From contig CP068257.2 in NCBI GenBank assembly GCA_009914755.4, forward strand, positions 27,392,001 to 27,456,000: DNA of 64,000 nucleotides, in the 5' to 3' direction. Each line of letters opens with the position of its first letter. Position 1 is the first letter of the stretch. The notes beneath the pieces were generated by a model that worked only from the letters and a program-made list of their open reading frames with translations, had not been told where the DNA came from and did not search any database. The DNA comes from the human T2T-CHM13v2.0 reference genome, Homo sapiens. Shown here piece after piece: positions 57,011 through 64,000 of this stretch. A program made the translations under genes and the position numbers.

Positions 57011-59026
57011 ATTTAAATTCTATCAAAAATGATTCAAAGTTTACTAATATCTTTTGGTTCTTGTTGGGGTGAGCTTTGCTTGTCTGCAAAATTCATTTAT
57101 GTAGAAAACCTCGTTCTCCCCAATATTGTATGTGAATGAAATGTTACTGTATTTAACATTAATTGAATGCCAACGGCATGGTTAGTATGTTGTTTGAAGG
57201 AATGTTGCGATGGCTTTGATGCAGAATCATAACTCTCTATATCCCCCAGGTGAAAGACAACTTGAGTGGTTAAATTACTGTCATGCAAAGCGACTAGATG
57301 GTTCAGCTGATTGCACCTTTAGAAGTTATGTGGAACGAGGCAGCAGATCTTAAGGTATGTCCGCCTTCCCCCAACCCCTTCCTGTAAAACTGTCGACTAT
57401 AATCCTGTTTTCAGTGAAAACAGGGTGGGAAAAATGTAGGAAAGAAGCAGAGAGAAATGGACCTTGGAAGTCTCAGCTAACCATTACTGTTGGCAATCTG
57501 TGGGAGGTCGGCAGACTATTTGTTAAGGTGCTGATTGAAACTCTGGGACACCGGTTCTTTCCCTTAATACAAAACCAATTTTGAGCCAAGTCATTTAAGA
57601 CCTTTTGAAAACTGATTCTAAAATAGCATGTGATATCCTGCGGAAAAAATAAACCATGATTTAGTAAACTAAATGATCCATGGAGTAAGGACTGCTTTAT
57701 ATGGTGTTCTTAGAGAAAGAGCAGGCACAGATGATAAAATGTGGCCAGGAAAAATCATTGGCACATCTATGTGAGTTCCAGCTTGAAATGAACTTCTCGA
57801 GGTTCATGGCCCCGTAAGTGTTTGCTGCCCACCAGCTCTGGAAAATGAGTGGAAGGATTCCCACCCAGCCTGGAAAACAGAAAGTCCGCTTACCTGATGA
57901 TGCTCTGGGGGAAATTAAGGAATGTTGGTGTCATTTCATAGTGACCACAGCATTGAGTATTGCTCCTTCAGATTCATTTTGCTCTAGGCTGATCAACATT
58001 TCACTTCCGTGATGAGCAGTGCTGGCCTAAGATTTTACTTAAGTTTCATTGATAATAAAGCTGATGGTGAGAATGATAATGATGGCAAGAAATATAGTAA
58101 AGCCTGCCCCACAGTAACGAGAATCTGGCCAGGTGGTGATTGGCAATAGACTCCTATCCTCTGCTAAGGCCCTGTTCTTTCTTCATTAATCTTGCAATAA
58201 CTTGACCCTGAGTTTTAAAGTAATAAATATTTTGGACTTCACATATTGTATGTTAGGGTTTTATCATATATCAACAATGATTATGATGACGTCCCCCTTT
58301 CCTGAGTATTCACTCTGCACATTGTGCTGAGTGCTTTATGCGTGTTATCTCAGTCTTCATGACCATCCTGATGAAAGTCCTCCAATGGCTTTGAACTGTA
58401 CTTAAAATAAAAACCAAACTCTAAACCAGTTCCTCTAAGGAGTGGCATGATCTAGCTCCTGCCTACTTCATGTCCTGCGTCTTTTCCACTTGCTCTGCCC
58501 CAGCCACACTACCTTCTTTTTGTTCTTGTGACATGCCACACTCATTCTCTCTGCTGGACTTTTTCACCAGCTTTTCCTTCTGCCTGGACCTCTCTTCTCC
58601 CAGACCTTAGTGTGGTTGATGCCTCCTTCAGGTCCCAGATTAAATCTCGTCTCCCCAGAGAGGGTTTCCTTGACAACTCTGTCTTCAGGAACTTCCTCAA
58701 TATTCCTTTTACATCACCCTATTTTATTTTTATCCTAAAAGCTAATACTCCCTAAACATTTTCACATTAATTAATTTTAAAAACTCTCTATCTCTGCCAA
58801 TTTGGATGTAATCTTCCTGAGAATTTGGACCAAATATGTTTTTTAATTATGTTCCCAGTTCTCAGAACAGTGCTTGGCACATGTTAAGTGTTCAATAAAT
58901 GAATGAACCTCAGTTTTTGGATGAAGAAGCTAAAGAACAGAGAGGTTAAGCTATGTCTTAGGTCGTATATCTCCTAAATGGTTTATGCAGGATTTAACTG
59001 TAAATCTAATGCTCATTTTCTTTTTC

Positions 59027-59331
59027 TTTTTTTTTTTTTTTTTTTTGAGACAGAGTCTTGTTCTGTCTCCCAGGCTGAAGTGCAGCGGCGCGATCTCCGC
59101 TCACTGCAAGCTCCGCCTCCGGGGTTCAAACGATTCTCTTGCCTCAGCCTCCTGAGTAGCTGGGACCACAGGCTCCCACCACCACGACCGGCTAATTTTT
59201 TGTATTTTTAGTAGAGACGGGGTTTCACTGAGTTAGCCAGGATGGTCTCGATCTCCTGACCTCGTGATCCGCCCACCTCGGCCTCCCAAAGTGCTGGGAT
59301 TACAGGTGTGAGCCACCGCGCCCGGTCGTGC
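59027..59331 (-). mobile_element. Alu
   Basis: Antisense Alu with long T-run. Confidence 0.9.
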
Positions 59332-60325
59332 TCATTTTCTTAATGATCATGCTATACAACACTATGAGATTTCTGTACATCACACCTGGAATCACATAAA
59401 GATTATAGCTTAAAACTACACTTAGCTTCCCAAAGAGGAAATTACGATTGTATTTTAATCTACTCACTAAGTGAGTAAGAGCTTCTTCGTTGAACCACTG
59501 TGCATTAGATAGGGACCATATTTCTCAAAAGCTCCAAAGTGTATGTCTCTGCACTCAAGAGAGAGCAGAGCTGGAAAAACATTTCACTTGTGTTCTCATA
59601 ACTCTGATCAAGATAGATGCTTTTATTTTTTTTCAGCATTTTAACTATGAAAGGTGAAGCTTTAATAGGCACACAATTTAGGCTGTTGTATATATTCTGG
59701 ATTAAAAAGTTTAAATGTAACCATAAGAAAAAGCAAATAATAAATGCTATCACCTTTTGTTGTGTTTTCCTGCAAGTGTTTATTTTAAAATATATAATCT
59801 GTTTGACAAAAACACAAGTTTACAGATTGCATTACATTTTCGCACTGTTTTGAATTATGTGTAAGCAATAAATATAATTTCTGAGTTATTCCAAATTCCC
59901 TTTCATAAGCTCTCCTTAAGTTATTTTACACACTGCAAAGTTTAATTTAACCACGCTAGTTTTGTTTAATAGGTTAAAAGGAATTAAATTGGTCTTAAAT
60001 TACGCTGTGAATAATAAAAATGCTAATAGGAAATATATTCCATAACACTAGTGCTGTATTTCTTAAAGCTATTGAAGCCTGGTTATCATTACAGTCAGTC
60101 TTAACCTACAGATGCCCAATCTATAAAATGAGTGTTGGTGACACAGGAAAGTGTGTGTGCATGTGTGTGTGTTGAAGAAAGCAGAGAGAGTCTACCATTT
60201 GGGCGCTGCTTTCTCTGATGATGATATTAATTTTTCTTTGTTCTCCAGTTCAGAAATCTTGGGGTGTGACTGTACCTGTGAGTTAGCTTCCTTGTTTTGC
60301 ACTAAAGAGTGCTAACAAGATACTG

Positions 60326-60690
<365 letters not shown>

Positions 60691-61235
60691 TCATCTCTGA
60701 ATCAAGAAACTGGGAGAAGACTGCTCACACCACCTGCAGAAAGAAGGATAATCTGAGAGCCCAAGATGGGCCTTACATTTGTCTTTTTCCATAAAAATAC
60801 TGTTATATATTAGTGTTTGATAAAGTAAAAATAATGATGTTATTATTATCTATCTCACATACATTATGGGTTAATACGTATTTGTGCCCTTGTGAACTGG
60901 CCCAGAAAAAATGAGAAAAAGATTTCTCGTTCCAAACAACCAAAATATAAACTGCCTTTGGGAAGGTAACCCTTTCCTAAGTTAGGGGCTGCTTATAATC
61001 ACATACTTGACACCATTAAGTTTGTGGCTGGTGATGTTTGTGGCCTTATTATTTCTTTACTTTGTCTGCCAGATTGGATTTAGAAACATGAATGAAGCAT
61101 TAACCTCATAAGGAAACTGTACTGAAATAAACAGCATAAATCTCTAGGCTGAGTTTGGCCTTTTGCCTTCTGTCTTTATATAGGATTTCCAAACAAGATG
61201 TGTCTAAGCTGTTCAAGAGTGAAAGCAAGAAAAAA

Positions 61236-61425
61236 GAGGAAGGAAGGAAGGAAGAAAGGGAGGAAGGGAGGGAAGCAGGAAGGAGGGAAGGATGAGAGGG
61301 AGGGAGGAAGGGAAGAGAGGGAGGGAGGAAGGGAAAAAAGGAGAAAGGAAGGGAGTAAGGAGAATAAGAAAGAAGGAGGAAAGACAGGAAGGAGGGAGAG
61401 AAGGCAGGAGGGAAGGAAAAAAGAA
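61236..61425. repeat. (GGAA)n / (GGAAGG)n / (GGGA)n purine-rich simple repeat
   Basis: aggaaggaaggaagaaagggaggaagggagggaagcaggaaggagggaagg... ~190 bp nearly pure purine on + strand. Confidence 0.9.
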
Positions 61426-61790
61426 AGAATTGATATAACCTAATAATTTTGATACTATTCGACCCATTTCCTTGCCTTTATTTTCACCATTATTGAATCA
61501 GTGATGACAGCAGTAGATGCAGTAATGTGAAATGTTAACTCATCCATTCATTTATTCATTCTGCAGTATTTTTTACAGAACTTTGCTGTTTAGTATTTCT
61601 GTATTGCTAAGTAGCCTGCAGAGGGTGCACTTTCCTTATTTTTATGTCTTTCCATCCACTTATGACCAAAAGAGGACACAATGTTTTATAAGATTAAAAG
61701 AGATTATTCAATGAAAGAAGTGAGGAAGGCACAACTTCTCTTTTCTTTCTTCTACCAAATGTTACAAAATGAAATACGTAAAAGGCGTAG

Positions 61791-62118
<328 letters not shown>

Positions 62119-62924
62119 CAGCTTCTTTGTTAATAGAAAAATCAATTTTAGTGACTTTTTTTGCATGGAGCCAGGATCATCAAGCCTGTGGCCTTCCTCA
62201 CTTTTTTTTTTTTTAAAATTGCTGCATCCCCGGGACTTCGTTTTTTTTCTTGCTCTTTGTGTATGTGTGTTCTTATTTTTCCTCTCTATACTGCATTGGT
62301 CAATAGAAATATAATGCAAGCCATATATGTAATTTAAAATTGCTTAATAGTCACATTAAAAAACTAAAAAGGAGGTAAAATTCATTTTAAAATATTTTAT
62401 TTACTCCAACTTACCAATTTTATCATTTCAACATTTTGTCAATATAAACATTTTATTGAATATTTTACTTTTTTTGGTACCAAATCTTTGAAATCTGCTG
62501 TGAATTTTGCATTTACAGCACCTCTCCTCTTGAACTGGTCACATTTTAAGCTGTGAATAGCCACATGGTACCAGTGGCAACTGTACTGGACAACACATCT
62601 ATATACATTCCTTTTTCATTCACAATTTCTCCATCCCTAACCAAACCAGCAGAAAACAGTGTATTACCAAATGGTGCTGTTTACTCAGAAAATCTTTATG
62701 ACTAATTATCCACCAATTTGAATCATGCAGGAAACATGAGATGGCCTGTGTTCCCTCTAAGAGACTGTCGTTTACAGTTTTGAGATTTTAAAAAATAGAA
62801 TGTTTTTAGCCAGTTGATTTTTAAGTCACTCTAGTTCCCTCCATCACAAAATGAGGTATAGCTCTTAATAAAAGTCCTTCAATTTTATTTTCCTGAGTGT
62901 ACATTTTCTTTTCTTTTTTTCTTT

Positions 62925-63226
62925 TTTATTTTTTCAATACAGCCCCTTGCTCTGTCACGCAGGCTGGAATGCAGTGGTGGAATCATGGCTCACTACAGCC
63001 CTGACCTCCTGGGCCCAGGTAATTGTCCCACCTCAGCCCCTCAAGTAACTGGGACCACAGGCGTGCACCACCACATCCAGCTAAGTTTTTCTTTCTTTTT
63101 TTTTCATAGAGATGGAGTCTCGCTATTTTGCCCAGGTTGGTCTTGAACACCTGGCTTCAAGCAGTCCTCCTGCTTTTGGCTTCTTGAAGTGCTTGGATTA
63201 CAGGTATGAACTACTGCACCTGGCCT
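62925..63226 (-). mobile_element. Alu (old, diverged)
   Basis: Diverged antisense Alu. Confidence 0.7.
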
Positions 63227-64000
63227 GTCCATTCTCAAATACATGATAGTAACTCCCATCTGCTGAGTGCTTCCTATGTACCAGGTACTATGTATTAATT
63301 GTTTATACATATAATTCCATTTAATATTCACAAAAGTCCTTTTGAGTTGGATACTGTTGTTATCACCTTTGTTTTAAAGATGAAGAAACTGAGCATGGGG
63401 AGGGCTAGGGGAGTTGTCTAACATAATCCAGCTAGAATACTGCAGAGCTGGGATTGCAAGCTGGGCCTGCATGACTCCAAATCCTGCCTTCTGTAATTTT
63501 ATGCATGGTGTCTCCCAAGTGGGGAGTATATTAAATGCAAATTTAAGATGTTGGTAAAGGGTAGAATTCTAGAAGTGGTAGAAATCCTAGAGTTCTTATA
63601 ATCAGCTCTCTTTGTTTTTATAAGAAAAATCTGAGGCAGAGCGAGGCTGAGTGGTTTCTCTGTTGAACATCCAGGACTGGAATCCAGGATTCTGAGTCCA
63701 AGCCCAGTGCTCTTTCCCCTGATGAGAAACCTTTCCAGATTTAAACCATTAACAACCCTCTCTAAAGAGGAGGCAAGAGGTTTCAATTTCTTCTCAGGGA
63801 AAAAAAGAACTGACATCAAAAGGTCTGTGCGGGGTCATTTGTCTCATCATGACTTTGATTTGGCCTTGATCTTTATTTAGTATTTCAGTTTTATGCTCTG
63901 CAACAAGTTTGGCCATGTTGGAGGACAATCCAAAGGTCAGCAAGTTGGCTACTGGCGATTGGATGCTCACTCTGAAGCCAAAGTCTATTACTGTGCCCGT

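Noticed and set aside
61198-61467. 81-aa Lys/Glu/Gly/Arg-rich ORF (+) and 84-aa Pro/Ser/Leu/Phe-rich ORF (-)
   Set aside because: Direct read-through of the (GGAA)n purine microsatellite; simple-repeat artefact.

Overview
This window is human genomic DNA, very Alu-rich, and matches the chr21q21.3 USP16–CCT8 locus. No prokaryote-style novel system is present; it is a well-structured, characterised locus. The features that most merit a second look are listed under findings.

- **USP16 (+ strand).** Sixteen coding exons (2048..25632) encode residues ~21-823 of the ubiquitin-specific peptidase USP16: ZnF-UBP domain, Cys box GLSNLGNTCFFNAVMQ, His box. The exon lengths sum to 2411 nt, which leaves exactly 61 nt (MGKKRTKGKTVPIDDSSETL plus 1 nt) for a first coding exon that must lie upstream of the window. 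The stop codon TAA is at 25630-25632 and an AATAAA signal at 25914-25919.
- **CCT8 (- strand).** All 15 coding exons of CCT8 (TCP-1 theta, 548 aa) are present, from 45030 down to 27917, and were reconstructed exon by exon. The 15 exon lengths sum to 1647 nt, which equals 548 codons plus a stop. One intron uses a GC donor.
- **Gene arrangement.** The two genes are convergent (tail-to-tail), with about 1.8 kb between their poly(A) signals.
- **CCT8 promoter.** A CpG island (~44420-45560) carries CCT8 exon 1, its promoter and a CCAAT box.
- **LTR12 solo LTR.** About 2.7 kb further on, a roughly 1.3-kb HERV9/LTR12-type solo LTR (47826-49122, + orientation) has tandemly repeated U3 units and multiple CCAAT (ATTGG) motifs. 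It is oriented toward the downstream sequence, which presumably holds the first intron of the next gene, MAP3K7CL/C21orf7 as I recall. That identification is an inference.
- **Alu elements.** About 36 Alu elements in both orientations, including tight inverted pairs inside introns.
- **Other repeats.** Several microsatellites: (GT)n, (TTTC)n, TA/TG-rich blocks and a ~190-bp GGAA-type purine tract. Also older unclassified interspersed-repeat fragments and hAT-like palindromic remnants.

Exon coordinates were derived by hand-aligning protein sequences recalled from memory to the DNA, using canonical splice sites and phase bookkeeping. They should be confirmed by alignment to reference transcripts.
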